Positions 12,919 through 23,233 of a DNA stretch of 64,000 bases are shown piece after piece. The notes beneath the pieces were generated by a model. The model was not told the DNA's origin and did no database searches. It worked only from the letters and a program-made list of their open reading frames with translations. The position numbers and the translations under genes are program-made. The stretch is from Candidatus Woesearchaeota archaeon. Its GTDB lineage: Archaea; Nanobdellota; Nanobdellia; Woesearchaeales; JAFGLG01. Where the stretch lies: positions 128,340 through 192,339 of the forward strand of contig JAFGLG010000005.1 of assembly GCA_016928155.1 (NCBI GenBank). Direction: 5' to 3'. How positions within the stretch are numbered: position 1 is the first letter of the stretch; every line of letters begins with the position of its first letter.

Positions 12919-13893
12919 TCACTGCAACATATCATCCTCATCATCCCAAGGTGGGTCTATATACACCGGAGTGTCCAGTTTCATAATCAAAGGAGATTGT
13001 CCTCCTCCACCACCCCCACCACCAATTTTGCTTGTATCACAGCAGACCCTTGTCTCTCCCCACGCATACCAGTATTGATCTCTTGGCACTTCAGCAGCAT
13101 CTGGGCAATTTGACGGATCCCTCAATTCTGTGATACCTGGATTTACATTCCAGCACTTCGGCCTGCAACCTGGAGGATACGCTGCTGCAAAACCACAAGC
13201 ATCTGAATCTTCTTCAATATCAACACATTCATAAGGGTCACAGGCATAGCAGTTGCTTTGACTGCAGCCTGAACTTCCGCCTGGTTTCAGGCAACAGACT
13301 GGATTGGGGTTACCACCTGACCAGAAGATATTGACCTCATCAGTTATATCTGTCTCGCCAGAAAGGCAGACATTATTCCTGACAACCTCGGAATCTGCGC
13401 TCTCACCAGGTATGTAATGATAGCAGTCAGGCTTGCATTGCCCATTATCCCAACCGCAATAAGGATACAGTTGATTATTTTCACATGCATCTTCGCTGCA
13501 TGATCCGCAGTTGTTAATATCACAACCTGCATCATAGCAACCACCTATACAGCAGACAAATCCCTCAGGGGCATCGTAGGAACTAACTTGTCTCCCCGAA
13601 CATGTGCCCTCCCCACAGAATGTTGTACCTCCTGCTGCACCGCAGGAAGGAAGACATTGATTATCTTTCCACCCGCAGTGCCCTCCTGGAATATTGGAAC
13701 ATTGATTTTGGTTACAATCTCCGCAATTATTGGCTGAGCATTGTGGAGCAGAGACCTTAATATTCAGAAAAGGACGGGAACCATAACCAAGCATATCCTC
13801 ACCAAGTTGGCTTCTGTCTGCAAAAACCATGATAAACAATGCAACAACAGCAACAACACCTACAACAATAAGATACGAATATTCCTGCTTCAT
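12919..13893 (-). CDS. Membrane-anchored Cys-rich surface protein with three internal repeats
   Basis: AGGTGA SD before ATG 13893; N-terminal TM helix; three CxxxNCxxC...CG(W/F)...CxPxC units; poly-Gly linker. Confidence 0.75.
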   Translation of the reverse strand: MKQEYSYLIVVGVVAVVALFIMVFADRSQLGEDMLGYGSRPFLNIKVSAPQCSANNCGDCNQNQCSNIPGGHCGWKDNQCLPSCGAAGGTTFCGEGTCSGRQVSSYDAPEGFVCCIGGCYDAGCDINNCGSCSEDACENNQLYPYCGWDNGQCKPDCYHYIPGESADSEVVRNNVCLSGETDITDEVNIFWSGGNPNPVCCLKPGGSSGCSQSNCYACDPYECVDIEEDSDACGFAAAYPPGCRPKCWNVNPGITELRDPSNCPDAAEVPRDQYWYAWGETRVCCDTSKIGGGGGGGGQSPLIMKLDTPVYIDPPWDDEDDMLQ

Positions 13894-14137
13894 ATTATCA
13901 CCTATTTTTAAAATAACAATAGGAAAAAATAGTCTGTTATATATAAATTTGCCCATCGGCCCATAATGATAGGGGGTTTTAGGAGATATATTTTCTATAA
14001 TGAAAATATACCGGAGAATAATCAGCGGACATCAAAAAAACCCTAAGAAATAAATCCAAGATTCTAATATATAAAAATATACAATCCAATTCCATTACAT
14101 TTATAAAGGGCTCCCAGTTTCTCGGGCAAGGGTATTG

Positions 14138-14998
14138 ATGGCACAACAAAAGAAACAAGCACAGTCAACAGTAATGAGATGGAAAAAGAAGAGATGGTTC
14201 CATATAAAAGCGCCAAAGCTCTTCAATGAACAGGAAGTCGGTGAGACACCAGGAGAGACTGCTGAAGAGCTGGTCGGCAGAAGGATAAAAGTCAACCTGA
14301 TGCACCTGACCAGGGATATAAAGAAACAGAACTACAGGATCACATTCGAGATAACAAAAGGCTCTGGAGACTCATTGTTCACAAATTTCTACGGCTTCGA
14401 GATAATACCTGCCGCGGTCAGGAAGCTCATAAGGAGGAGCAGGACAAGGATAGATGATTCTGTTGTTGTGAAGACAAATGACAATGTCAAGGTAGCGGTC
14501 AAGCCTTTGCTCGTCACAAGACAGCTTGTCAACAACTCGCTCAAGTCAGAGCTGATAAAGTCATGCAGGAAACTGCTCAGCGAATACGCGAGCCAGGTAT
14601 CATACCACCAATTCGCGCACGATGTCGCATTCTTCAAGGTCCAGAAGACCATGAGAGACAGCTTAAGCAAGCTCTACCCGCTGAGGAACGCAGAGATCAG
14701 GCTGATGCATTTCTACAGAGAGAAGAAACAGCCAGAGACACCGGAAGAGACAGAGATAAGCAAAGACCTGAAAATAGAAGTAAAGGTCATTGAGAAACCC
14801 GAGGAAGAGCCGATAGAGGAAGAGACGGCAGAGGAATCAGAGAGCGGACCTGAAGACAAGGAAGATGGATCCGGCGAAGAACAGGAGAGCGAAGATGACA
14901 TAGAAGATGATTCTGATGCAGATGAAACAGAATCTGATGAAAGCGATGAAGCAGAGACAGATGAAGAAACAGAAGATGACGAAGAGCCCAAAGAATAA
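14138..14998 (+). CDS. rps3ae: 30S ribosomal protein S3Ae (eS1) with long acidic C-terminal tail
   Basis: WKKKRWFHIKAPKLF...VGET...LVGRRIKVNL...RIDD...IYPLR-like motif. Confidence 0.93.
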   Translation: MAQQKKQAQSTVMRWKKKRWFHIKAPKLFNEQEVGETPGETAEELVGRRIKVNLMHLTRDIKKQNYRITFEITKGSGDSLFTNFYGFEIIPAAVRKLIRRSRTRIDDSVVVKTNDNVKVAVKPLLVTRQLVNNSLKSELIKSCRKLLSEYASQVSYHQFAHDVAFFKVQKTMRDSLSKLYPLRNAEIRLMHFYREKKQPETPEETEISKDLKIEVKVIEKPEEEPIEEETAEESESGPEDKEDGSGEEQESEDDIEDDSDADETESDESDEAETDEETEDDEEPKE

Positions 14999-15031
14999 AA
15001 TTTATAATTTCTATCACAATATAGTGCACTC

Positions 15032-15634
15032 ATGAGAAAAATCCTCAGTTCTGGAGCAGAAGCAGTCATCTATAAGAATGACATTTCAGTGATCAAGGAC
15101 AGGGTCAGAAAAAGCTACAGGATAAAGGAGATAGATGAAACGTTGCGCAGAACAAGGACGCGAAGAGAAGCAAAAGTCCTCCAGAAACTGGCTGAGATAA
15201 ATTTCCCGGCACCAAGGCTCATCAGCACAGATGACAGGAAGATGCATATCCACATGGAGTATATCAAAGGGGATGTGCTCAAAGAGACATTTGACCAGGA
15301 TCACAAGAGATTCTCAGAAGAGATCGGCAAGAAGGTTGCGATACTGCACAACAATGGCATAATCCATGGAGACCTGACAACAAGCAACATGATATCCCGG
15401 GACGGGATAGTCTTCATCGATTTCGGCCTGAGCTTCTTCTCAAAGAAATACGAGGACAAGGCAGTTGACCTGCATCTCCTCAAGCAGGCGCTCGAGTCAA
15501 AGCACTGGAGAGTGTTCGATGAGGCATTCGATATCGTCAAAAGATCATATTCCGCGAATGCCGATGACGCAGGACAGATAATGCAGAGGTTCGAGGAAGT
15601 CGAGGCCAGAGGGAGGTATAAGGGGAAGCATTGA
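15032..15634 (+). CDS. bud32: KEOPS complex kinase Bud32
   Basis: GAEA, RTRREA, IIHGDLTTSN, IDFGL, AVDLHLL, C-terminal RGRY. Confidence 0.95.
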   Translation: MRKILSSGAEAVIYKNDISVIKDRVRKSYRIKEIDETLRRTRTRREAKVLQKLAEINFPAPRLISTDDRKMHIHMEYIKGDVLKETFDQDHKRFSEEIGKKVAILHNNGIIHGDLTTSNMISRDGIVFIDFGLSFFSKKYEDKAVDLHLLKQALESKHWRVFDEAFDIVKRSYSANADDAGQIMQRFEEVEARGRYKGKH

Positions 15635-15839
15635 ACGAAAATTATTTATACTTCTTCAGCCTACATAATTACATCATGGCAAGAGTTGATTTTATTCATT
15701 GAAAGCAAATTCCTTTTTCTTGTTAGTTTGAAATCCAAAATCTCCTGCGGGTACCATGCTAGCTTGCGCTAGCCCAACAAACAGACAAATTCTGAAAATG
15801 CACGATGATTGCAGAGAAATTGCATAACCCACAGATACT

Positions 15840-15911
15840 GGCAAGTGTGGTGTAATGGCAGCATAGCAGACTGTGGATCTGCAGGCCCGGGTCCGAATCC
15901 CGGCACCTGCC
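15840..15911 (+). tRNA. tRNA-His(GTG) with encoded G-1
   Basis: Cloverleaf: acceptor GCAAGTG/CACCTGC (one A:C mismatch), anticodon arm GCAGA-CTGTGGA-TCTGC, T arm CCGGG-TCCGAAT-CCCGG, C73 opposite G-1; no encoded CCA. Confidence 0.9.
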
Positions 15912-15927
15912 CTTCGGAGGTTCGACA

Positions 15928-16200
15928 ATGGATAATGAAGTAAGCCTGGAGAACAAGATAATCATATCACTCAAGACAGCAACGCTACCTGATATGCTGA
16001 CTGAAAGGCAGATTACCAAGCTGATGTCAGCAGGAGACCCGACCATCGAATACCAGAGGTCACAATTTGAAGAGATAAGAAAAGCGAGCGATGCCATAAT
16101 GATCATAACAAAAATCTACGGCGCTGATTCAAGAGAAGCAGACATCAGCCTGATGCACTTACGACAGATAGAATCAATGTACCACGGGTGGATGGAATAG
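15928..16200 (+). CDS. Small hypothetical protein
   Basis: GGAGGT SD; 90 aa. Confidence 0.6.
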   Translation: MDNEVSLENKIIISLKTATLPDMLTERQITKLMSAGDPTIEYQRSQFEEIRKASDAIMIITKIYGADSREADISLMHLRQIESMYHGWME

Positions 16201-16256
16201 CATCTTTATAAACACCCCAAAACATTTTTAAACAATACCGGCAGAAGGTGGGAGAA

Positions 16257-17555
16257 ATGACTAAAATAAAGACCGAGACACCCAAAGGGATGCGCGACTT
16301 CCTGCCAGAAGAGATGATCAAGCGGGAATATGTCATGGAACGCATCAAGAAGATATTCGAGAAATACGGATTTGACCCCCTTGAGACACCTGCTGTAGAA
16401 TATGCAGAAGTCCTTACAGGGAAGTACGGGGAGGATGAGAAGCTCATCTACAAATTCTTTGATAAGGGCAACAGGGAGCTGGCGCTGCGCTATGACCTTA
16501 CAGTACCGCTCGCAAGAGTCATGGCAGCAAATCCGAACCTCCCAAAGCCGTTCAAGAGATACCATATCAGCAGGGTATGGAGATATGACAGGCCGCAGAA
16601 AGGGCGCTACAAGGAATTCTGGCAGTGCGACATCGACACCATAGGCAGCAAGTCCATGAAGGCAGATGCCGAGCTCATCGCAGTCATGACAGAAGTGATG
16701 AAGGAACTGGGATTCAAGAAATTCACAATCCAGATCAACAACAGGAAACTGCTCAATGGGATAATGCTCTATTCGGGTCTCAAGACAGACAAGATAAAGG
16801 AAGCGCTCATCTCCCTCGACAAGATCAACAAGGTCGGAAAGCTGGGAGTCATCGAAGAGATGAAGAACAGGGAGATAAAAGAAGAGAGCATCAACAAGAT
16901 AATGGAGCTCATGGTAAAAGAAGGGAGCGATGAAGGCATACTGGCTGAGCTCAAGGACAAGGTCACAGATGCAGAGGGCATGGAAGGGCTCAAAGAGATG
17001 GAAGAGCTGCTTTCCATACTCAAGGAGATGGGCATAGACAAGATGTACAAGCTTGTGCTCTCGCTCGCAAGAGGACTTGATTACTACACTGGAACAATAT
17101 TCGAGACAGTCGTGGAGGAACCAAGCATAGGATCCCTCACAGGAGGGGGCAGGTATGACACGCTCATCGGAAGATTCTCAAACAATGACCTTCCAGCAGT
17201 CGGAACCAGCTTCGGGATCGAAAGGATAATAGATGTCATGAAAGAGCTCAGGATGGGGCTTCCTGAACAGAAGACCAAGTCAAAGGTGTTCGCAGTGAAT
17301 GTGACACCTGATACAGAAAAGGATGTCAACAGGATAGTGAGCGACCTAAGGGCAGAAGGCATCAGCGCCCAGAGCGACCTCATGGGAAGGCCGATAAGCA
17401 AGCAGATAAAATTCGCAGACAGCCTGGGCATACCATTTGTCGTCATAGTCGGGCCGGATGAGCTCAAGGAAGGCATGGTGAAGCTCAAGGACATGAAGAC
17501 AGGAACAGAAGAGAACATCAAAGTCAGAGAGCTTGCAAAAAAACTTGGAATATAA
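16257..17555 (+). CDS. hisS: Histidine-tRNA ligase
   Basis: PKGMRDF, LRYDLTVP, WRYDRPQKGRYKEFWQCD, RGLDYYTG, GGGRYD. Confidence 0.97.
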   Translation: MTKIKTETPKGMRDFLPEEMIKREYVMERIKKIFEKYGFDPLETPAVEYAEVLTGKYGEDEKLIYKFFDKGNRELALRYDLTVPLARVMAANPNLPKPFKRYHISRVWRYDRPQKGRYKEFWQCDIDTIGSKSMKADAELIAVMTEVMKELGFKKFTIQINNRKLLNGIMLYSGLKTDKIKEALISLDKINKVGKLGVIEEMKNREIKEESINKIMELMVKEGSDEGILAELKDKVTDAEGMEGLKEMEELLSILKEMGIDKMYKLVLSLARGLDYYTGTIFETVVEEPSIGSLTGGGRYDTLIGRFSNNDLPAVGTSFGIERIIDVMKELRMGLPEQKTKSKVFAVNVTPDTEKDVNRIVSDLRAEGISAQSDLMGRPISKQIKFADSLGIPFVVIVGPDELKEGMVKLKDMKTGTEENIKVRELAKKLGI

Positions 17556-17568
17556 GAAGAAAGAATTC

Positions 17569-18459
17569 TCACTTTGTCAATACTTCGCATCCACCCCCTG
17601 TGACAAGCACAGTGTGCTCTGCCTGGCTGACCAGGCCCTTTGCCTTGTCATTGAGAGGAGGATAAAGCCTGAGAATGCCTTTCTCAGTCAGTTCTTTCAG
17701 GGCAAAATTCACCTTGAAGTAAGGCATCTTCCTTGTGAGCCACCTTGTGGTGAAAGGGAGCCCATTGAACTTCTCAATCTCCCTGAGGACCAGCCGGGTT
17801 ATTGGGCTGCGCACAGGTTTCTTATCTTCAATCATAAAAATCTCAGCAGAGTCCCCCTCCACAACCATGCCCTGCCCGTCTGTTGCAAAAGGCTCGATGG
17901 CAAAGACCATCCCCTCCTCCACACAGGTATCATCTCCATTGTCATAATTAGGGATCTGCGGAGCGGTGTGCACTGAGAACCTCCCGACACCATGGCCGGA
18001 AAGGTTCTTGATAGGCACATAGCCATACCCCACTATCGAATCCTGAATAACCTTTCCTATGGCGCCGAGAGTCACGCCCGGCTTTATTATCCTGATGGCA
18101 TTTTTCAGGGCTTCCTCAGAAGCAGCGACGAGCTTAGAATGAGAACCGAGGTCAATGGTCACAGCAGTGTCTGCCACATAACCATCGACATGCGCGCCAA
18201 GGTCAAGCTTCAGAACATCCCCTGTGCTGAACAATGTCCCATCATTCGGACCAGGGCAGTTATGGGCGGCAGTATGATTGAAAGATATCTGGACAGGAAA
18301 GGCCATATCTCCCCCAAGCCCGACAATCTTTTCTTCAATAAGGTCAGTGACTTCCCTCAGGGAAGCGCCGACCCTTATCAGGCCCTTACCATATTCCCTT
18401 GCCCCGGCAGTGATCCTGCCTGCTTCCCTGAATCTCTCCAGCTCTTCATCAGAATACAT
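17569..18459 (-). CDS. map: Methionine aminopeptidase type II
   Basis: DLGAHVDGYVADTA, NLSGHG, AIEPFAT, SQAEHTV. Confidence 0.95.
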   Translation of the reverse strand: MYSDEELERFREAGRITAGAREYGKGLIRVGASLREVTDLIEEKIVGLGGDMAFPVQISFNHTAAHNCPGPNDGTLFSTGDVLKLDLGAHVDGYVADTAVTIDLGSHSKLVAASEEALKNAIRIIKPGVTLGAIGKVIQDSIVGYGYVPIKNLSGHGVGRFSVHTAPQIPNYDNGDDTCVEEGMVFAIEPFATDGQGMVVEGDSAEIFMIEDKKPVRSPITRLVLREIEKFNGLPFTTRWLTRKMPYFKVNFALKELTEKGILRLYPPLNDKAKGLVSQAEHTVLVTGGGCEVLTK

Positions 18460-20367
18460 TCACACCACGACCAAATCCGCTTCCTTATTTCTCCCGTTAT
18501 CTCTCTCTTCTTTTCTCTCTTTATTTCTCTCCATATTCCTCTTTTTATTTTTCCTGATGACATGAATAAGCTCAATCAACATGGCACTGCTCCATGCCTG
18601 CGAGAAGCACCCCCTGCTCTCAAGCCTTGAAGCAGAGCTTATCTCGGCATGGTGGCCGATCGCACCTGAATACAATATCTCATTAGTTGATGCACTGACA
18701 ATCCTGTCAATCTTTTCCTGATAATACTTACTATCTACCTGATGCATGCAAAGGGCTGCAAGGTTGTTTATCCAGAACCAGGAATCACCGCGATGATAGC
18801 TCATGTTGTCAGTGCCTGTATGGGTGTCCCTGAAGAGCGGATGGTCCTTCTCTATCGTGGATATGCCGCCCCATCCCAACCAGAGCTTGTCCAGAGCACT
18901 GTCAAAGATCCTTTTCCATTCTGCTTTCGAGAAAAGCTTCGGATATATGTAGTATGTAAGGAAAACATTCGGCCTCTGGGTCATGTCATCAATGCCATCA
19001 GCAAGCCTGCCATCCTTGAAGAACTCCTGCCTGATCTTCTTCTTCAAAGAATCCCTCTGGCTCTTCGCAACATTCGGCATCTTGAGGATCTCAGAGAGCT
19101 TGATCCAAAAATCAAACATGCAGAGTGTCAGGGCCTGTATCTCAATCCTCACACCAGATCTCGCATCCTGGCCGCCGATATGCGTATCCATCCAGGTCTC
19201 AAGCTCCTTGTTCCATATCAGGCCATCGACAGCATATGTGTTGAAGAGCTGTGAGATGCTCTTCTCGAGCTTTTCCTTGATAACATAGAGCTCAGGGAGG
19301 CTCAGGTATATCTTCATGTCATCGCGCATATCAAGATGTCTAAGGAAATCAGACAGTCTCCTGAAAAGCCACCCTACACCATCGGCATTGCCCAGCTTGG
19401 CATCTGGTTTCCTGTTCGGGAGCCTTCCATCAGGAAGCAACGCCCTCAGATGATCAAACAGGACTCGCTTCACAAGACTAAGCTTGTTCGACAATATCAT
19501 TGAACCTAAAGAAATGGTCTCATCCCTTGTCCAGAACTGGAAAAACCAGGGAAGACCTGCATATATCCCTGTCCTGCCATCAACTGTGCAGAGCAGGGAA
19601 TCAAGAGAGTACTGCGCGCATGCAAGAGCAAAATCCTGTTCAGAAGACGGAGAGCCGAGCATCACATCATAATACTGCTCTTCTCTTGCCTTCAAGCCAT
19701 TGATGTTGGCGAATACAAAATCCGCCTCCTTGAGAGCCTTCTCCCTGTCCAATGAGAAAGAAAAGACAAAGTTCTTCCCGATGATGGAGAGCGCCCTGTA
19801 CACATACCATTCATGATGAGAATCTTTCCTCTGCCGCTCATACTCATAGCCCTCCTTGATCCACTCGTTGATCATGTCAAATTGCCCTGAATCAGACCTT
19901 ATCGCAAGATAAGCCTCATACTTCTTCTGGTCACCGACATGTTTTGTGAACCTCACGAGGATGGTGTCCCTCACCTTCTCAATATCATATGCTCTCCCCC
20001 ATTCATCATAATCATATATCTGCCTCATATCAAGGTCTATGATTACCTCCTGCTCCCTGTCAAGCTGATAGACAAATGAATCATGATTCCGGGGCATGAA
20101 AAAAGACTCGGTGAGATTCTTCCTCTTCCTTCTCACCTGGCAGAACTGGTTTATGACCTCCTCAACAGGCTCTTCAGACGGTATCAGATTAGACACCACC
20201 TTGTACATACTCCACCTGTCATTGCAGAAAAATCCATTATATTTGGTGTAAGGCAGCTCAGAGAAAAGCATGAATGCACCTGTGCGGTTAGTCATGATGA
20301 ATGAGCTGTCACTCCCTTCCACCTGCTTCGATATCTTCTTCCCCTTCAGCGAATGTGATATCCTCAT
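18460..20367 (-). CDS. Amylo-alpha-1,6-glucosidase (glycogen debranching enzyme)
   Basis: AGLPWFFQFWTRD, TWMD, YHRGDSWFW, QAWSSA. Confidence 0.88.
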   Translation of the reverse strand: MRISHSLKGKKISKQVEGSDSSFIMTNRTGAFMLFSELPYTKYNGFFCNDRWSMYKVVSNLIPSEEPVEEVINQFCQVRRKRKNLTESFFMPRNHDSFVYQLDREQEVIIDLDMRQIYDYDEWGRAYDIEKVRDTILVRFTKHVGDQKKYEAYLAIRSDSGQFDMINEWIKEGYEYERQRKDSHHEWYVYRALSIIGKNFVFSFSLDREKALKEADFVFANINGLKAREEQYYDVMLGSPSSEQDFALACAQYSLDSLLCTVDGRTGIYAGLPWFFQFWTRDETISLGSMILSNKLSLVKRVLFDHLRALLPDGRLPNRKPDAKLGNADGVGWLFRRLSDFLRHLDMRDDMKIYLSLPELYVIKEKLEKSISQLFNTYAVDGLIWNKELETWMDTHIGGQDARSGVRIEIQALTLCMFDFWIKLSEILKMPNVAKSQRDSLKKKIRQEFFKDGRLADGIDDMTQRPNVFLTYYIYPKLFSKAEWKRIFDSALDKLWLGWGGISTIEKDHPLFRDTHTGTDNMSYHRGDSWFWINNLAALCMHQVDSKYYQEKIDRIVSASTNEILYSGAIGHHAEISSASRLESRGCFSQAWSSAMLIELIHVIRKNKKRNMERNKERKEERDNGRNKEADLVVV

Positions 20368-21029
20368 ATGCTCATCACGCTCACAAGAGCCAAAAGGCTC
20401 TTCATGTCCCTTATCTCATCGAAATTCTCAATTATGATATCAGCCCTGCCCAGCTTCCTGGCGCTGACTGAAGTAGGCACACCTATGCAGAACATCCCGG
20501 CAGATTTCGCAGCCTCAACACCAGAGGGAGAGTCCTCTATGACAACACAATCATCAGGATGGACACCGAGCCTCTTGGCTGCCTTCAGATAGATCTCCGG
20601 ATCAGGCTTTGACCTCTTGATGTCCTCTGCTGTAAGGACAGCGTCAAATAATCCCTTGATCCCTAGCTTGCTTATCATCAGTGTTGCCTCTTTCAATTCA
20701 GAACCAGTAGCAAGAGCCAGCTTGAACTTTCCATGCAATGACCTCAAGAACCCCACAGAGCCAGGGACAGGGAAAAGATCATCCTTTGCCAGCGCAAGAA
20801 ATAACCTGTGCTTCTTCGCAATAAGCTTCCTGACATCAGCCTTCAAGCTGAAATGACCCAATAAGTTTGCCATTCCGACCTTATCTGAAAGGCCCAGGAC
20901 AAGCCTGTCATAAACAGCCTGATCCAACACTTTCCCATGATCCGCAAAGACAGCGCTGAATGCCCTGAAATGCAGCTTCTCGCTGTCTGCCAATACATTG
21001 TCCAGATCAAAAATCACAGCCCTTATCAT
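20364..21029 (-). CDS. HAD family phosphatase (beta-PGM/Gph-like)
   Basis: IFDLDNVLADSE, KPDPEIY, EDSPSG. Confidence 0.92.
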   Translation of the reverse strand: MIRAVIFDLDNVLADSEKLHFRAFSAVFADHGKVLDQAVYDRLVLGLSDKVGMANLLGHFSLKADVRKLIAKKHRLFLALAKDDLFPVPGSVGFLRSLHGKFKLALATGSELKEATLMISKLGIKGLFDAVLTAEDIKRSKPDPEIYLKAAKRLGVHPDDCVVIEDSPSGVEAAKSAGMFCIGVPTSVSARKLGRADIIIENFDEIRDMKSLLALVSVMSI

Positions 21030-22354
21030 TTTCCCTCAATGATACCGATTATCATTGACCTCTTCTCCTCCAGTATCACCTTGTTGTCAGCCTCAATCCT
21101 CAGCCTGACAAGAGGTTCTGTATTCGATTTCCTCAGGCTGAACCACCAATCATCATATTCGATGTACACACCGTCGATGTCAGAGCTCCTGCCGTCAGAG
21201 AAAGCAGACTTGACCCTGCTGAGAACCATGTCTGCATCATCAACCACCATGTTTATCTCTTCAGTATGCGCGTACCTGTCGATCGGAGCAATGAGCTCAG
21301 AAAGCCTGCGCCCGCTCTTTGCCAGTATCGCCAATGCCTTGACAGAGCAGAACAGACCGTCGTCAATGCAGAAATTATCCCTGAACATGACATGACCTGA
21401 GAATTCCCCTGCAAGGATGCCTCCCTCATTGACAAGCTTCTCCTTGTAGAAAGGGTTTCCCACCCTCATCTTTATCGGGATGCCACCATCCTTCCTGACA
21501 TCTTCCTCCACTGCTTTTGAAAACCTCAGGTCATAATACACCTTTTCGCCCTGATGATGCTTCAGCTCATCAGAAGCCAGCAGGGCAAGAAGCATGTCCG
21601 GGAAAACCAGTTCCCCTTTCTCGTCGACAAACTGGCACCTGTCAGCATCACCATCAAAGAAAATGCCGCAATCGGCCTTCTCCATTACAACCCTCTTCTG
21701 GAGATCCCTGAAATTCCCGATCTCATGAGGATTAGCCGGATGATTCGGGAAAGACATGTCCATCTCAGGATACATGTGGATCGCCTCCACAGGCAAGGAA
21801 TCGAACAGGGGCCTGGCAGTCAGGGCACCCATGCCATTGCCGTAATCAAACACAATCTTAAGATCCCTGATGCCTTCTGCAAATCCTTTCACATGATCAA
21901 GATAATCCTTAAGCACATCCTTCTGATTGATACTGCCTTTTCTTGCATCATCAAAACTGCCCTTCTCGACCAGTCCCCTGATCTGATCAATGCTGTCTGA
22001 ATGCATCTGGACACCCTTAGGCCTTATGAGCTTGAATGCATTATACTGCGCCGGGTTGTGAGAGGCGCTTATCATGATGCCGCCTGAGTAATTGAAATTG
22101 GCAACAGAGAAGCTCAGCATAGGTGTGGTCACGAGCCCTATATCAACAACATCAGCACCCTGGTCAGTTATCCCATCAGTCAAGGCCTTGAACAATGAGG
22201 GTGATGATCCCCGCATATCCCTGCCAACAACAACTGAATCACACTTCAGAAATGCAACAAATGCCCTGCCTATCTTATATGCGAGCCTCTCATCAAGCTC
22301 AACAGGGTACACGCCCCTTATATCATATGCTTTGAATACAGATATCCAAATCAC
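21026..22354 (-). CDS. Phosphomannomutase/phosphoglucomutase
   Basis: FKAYDIRG, SASHNP, FDGDADR, GEFSGH, SNTEP; start codon uncertain. Confidence 0.95.
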   Translation of the reverse strand: MIWISVFKAYDIRGVYPVELDERLAYKIGRAFVAFLKCDSVVVGRDMRGSSPSLFKALTDGITDQGADVVDIGLVTTPMLSFSVANFNYSGGIMISASHNPAQYNAFKLIRPKGVQMHSDSIDQIRGLVEKGSFDDARKGSINQKDVLKDYLDHVKGFAEGIRDLKIVFDYGNGMGALTARPLFDSLPVEAIHMYPEMDMSFPNHPANPHEIGNFRDLQKRVVMEKADCGIFFDGDADRCQFVDEKGELVFPDMLLALLASDELKHHQGEKVYYDLRFSKAVEEDVRKDGGIPIKMRVGNPFYKEKLVNEGGILAGEFSGHVMFRDNFCIDDGLFCSVKALAILAKSGRRLSELIAPIDRYAHTEEINMVVDDADMVLSRVKSAFSDGRSSDIDGVYIEYDDWWFSLRKSNTEPLVRLRIEADNKVILEEKRSMIIGIIEGK

Positions 22355-22549
22355 CTCACTGCATGGTCAGATAATACAAATGATACAAATAATGCATATG
22401 ATGCAGATATTTGATATTATAAAACTTTCTATTTAAATAGAGTGTGTGTCACTACTGAAGAAAAATAAATCAATCAGAAATCATTTCGGTATCAGATATT
22501 ATTCTGTAATATCATTTCACAATATCATTTCACAATACTATTTTGCAAT

Positions 22550-23137
22550 TCATTTCGTGAGATTCAAGGAGAATTCCTGATGATCTATGGCCTGCTCTTC
22601 ACCATCAATCCTCGCAGAAACATCATATTTGCACGACATCTCATTAACAGCAGAGAAGTCAGCTAACTTGAACTCGAAGTTGAAAGCAGCGAACCCGCCT
22701 GGGAACATCCTGGAGACATACACCCTCTGCTTCGGGAAGGTAATATCCTTGTAATCCACCAGAAGCCAAAGGCCGCCATAGGTCTTGATATAAACCCCGT
22801 TATTTGCACAAAAAAGAGCTGGAGTGACCAACTGCATCTCCTGGTCCCCTGCATTATCAATCCTGAACTGGACATAAAGATTCTTATCAATATCACATGT
22901 GTAATCAGCCTGATTTGAACATGAACAGGCTTTGTCAGAACACAGCTTGCCATCACCCATGTAATAAATAGTATCAGTGGGACAGAGATCACAGGCTTCT
23001 GCAGGAGGAGGAGTCTCATTCTTTGGCTCTTGCTTTGCTGGAGCAGGAGGGACATATGGCTGAGCATCATCTGTAGAAAAATAATCAACAACCTTTGTGC
23101 ATCCTCCGACAAGCATAGCAGCAACTAGGACAAACAA
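22550..23137 (-). CDS. Putative lipoprotein/surface protein
   Basis: Hydrophobic N-terminus with LVGGC lipobox-like motif, Pro-rich linker, Cys cluster; start uncertain. Confidence 0.65.
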   Translation of the reverse strand: MFVLVAAMLVGGCTKVVDYFSTDDAQPYVPPAPAKQEPKNETPPPAEACDLCPTDTIYYMGDGKLCSDKACSCSNQADYTCDIDKNLYVQFRIDNAGDQEMQLVTPALFCANNGVYIKTYGGLWLLVDYKDITFPKQRVYVSRMFPGGFAAFNFEFKLADFSAVNEMSCKYDVSARIDGEEQAIDHQEFSLNLTK

Positions 23138-23233
23138 AACATACCTGAAAAAATATCTATGGTGATCGATTGTATCCCTCTTTTAACACTCTGATGGATT
23201 AATTATTTAAATAGTTATTGATACTGGGCATCC

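Noticed and set aside
17533-19288. Long plus-strand ORFs antisense to map and the debranching enzyme (and similar shadows elsewhere)
   Set aside because: No motifs; explained by codon bias of the real genes on the opposite strand.
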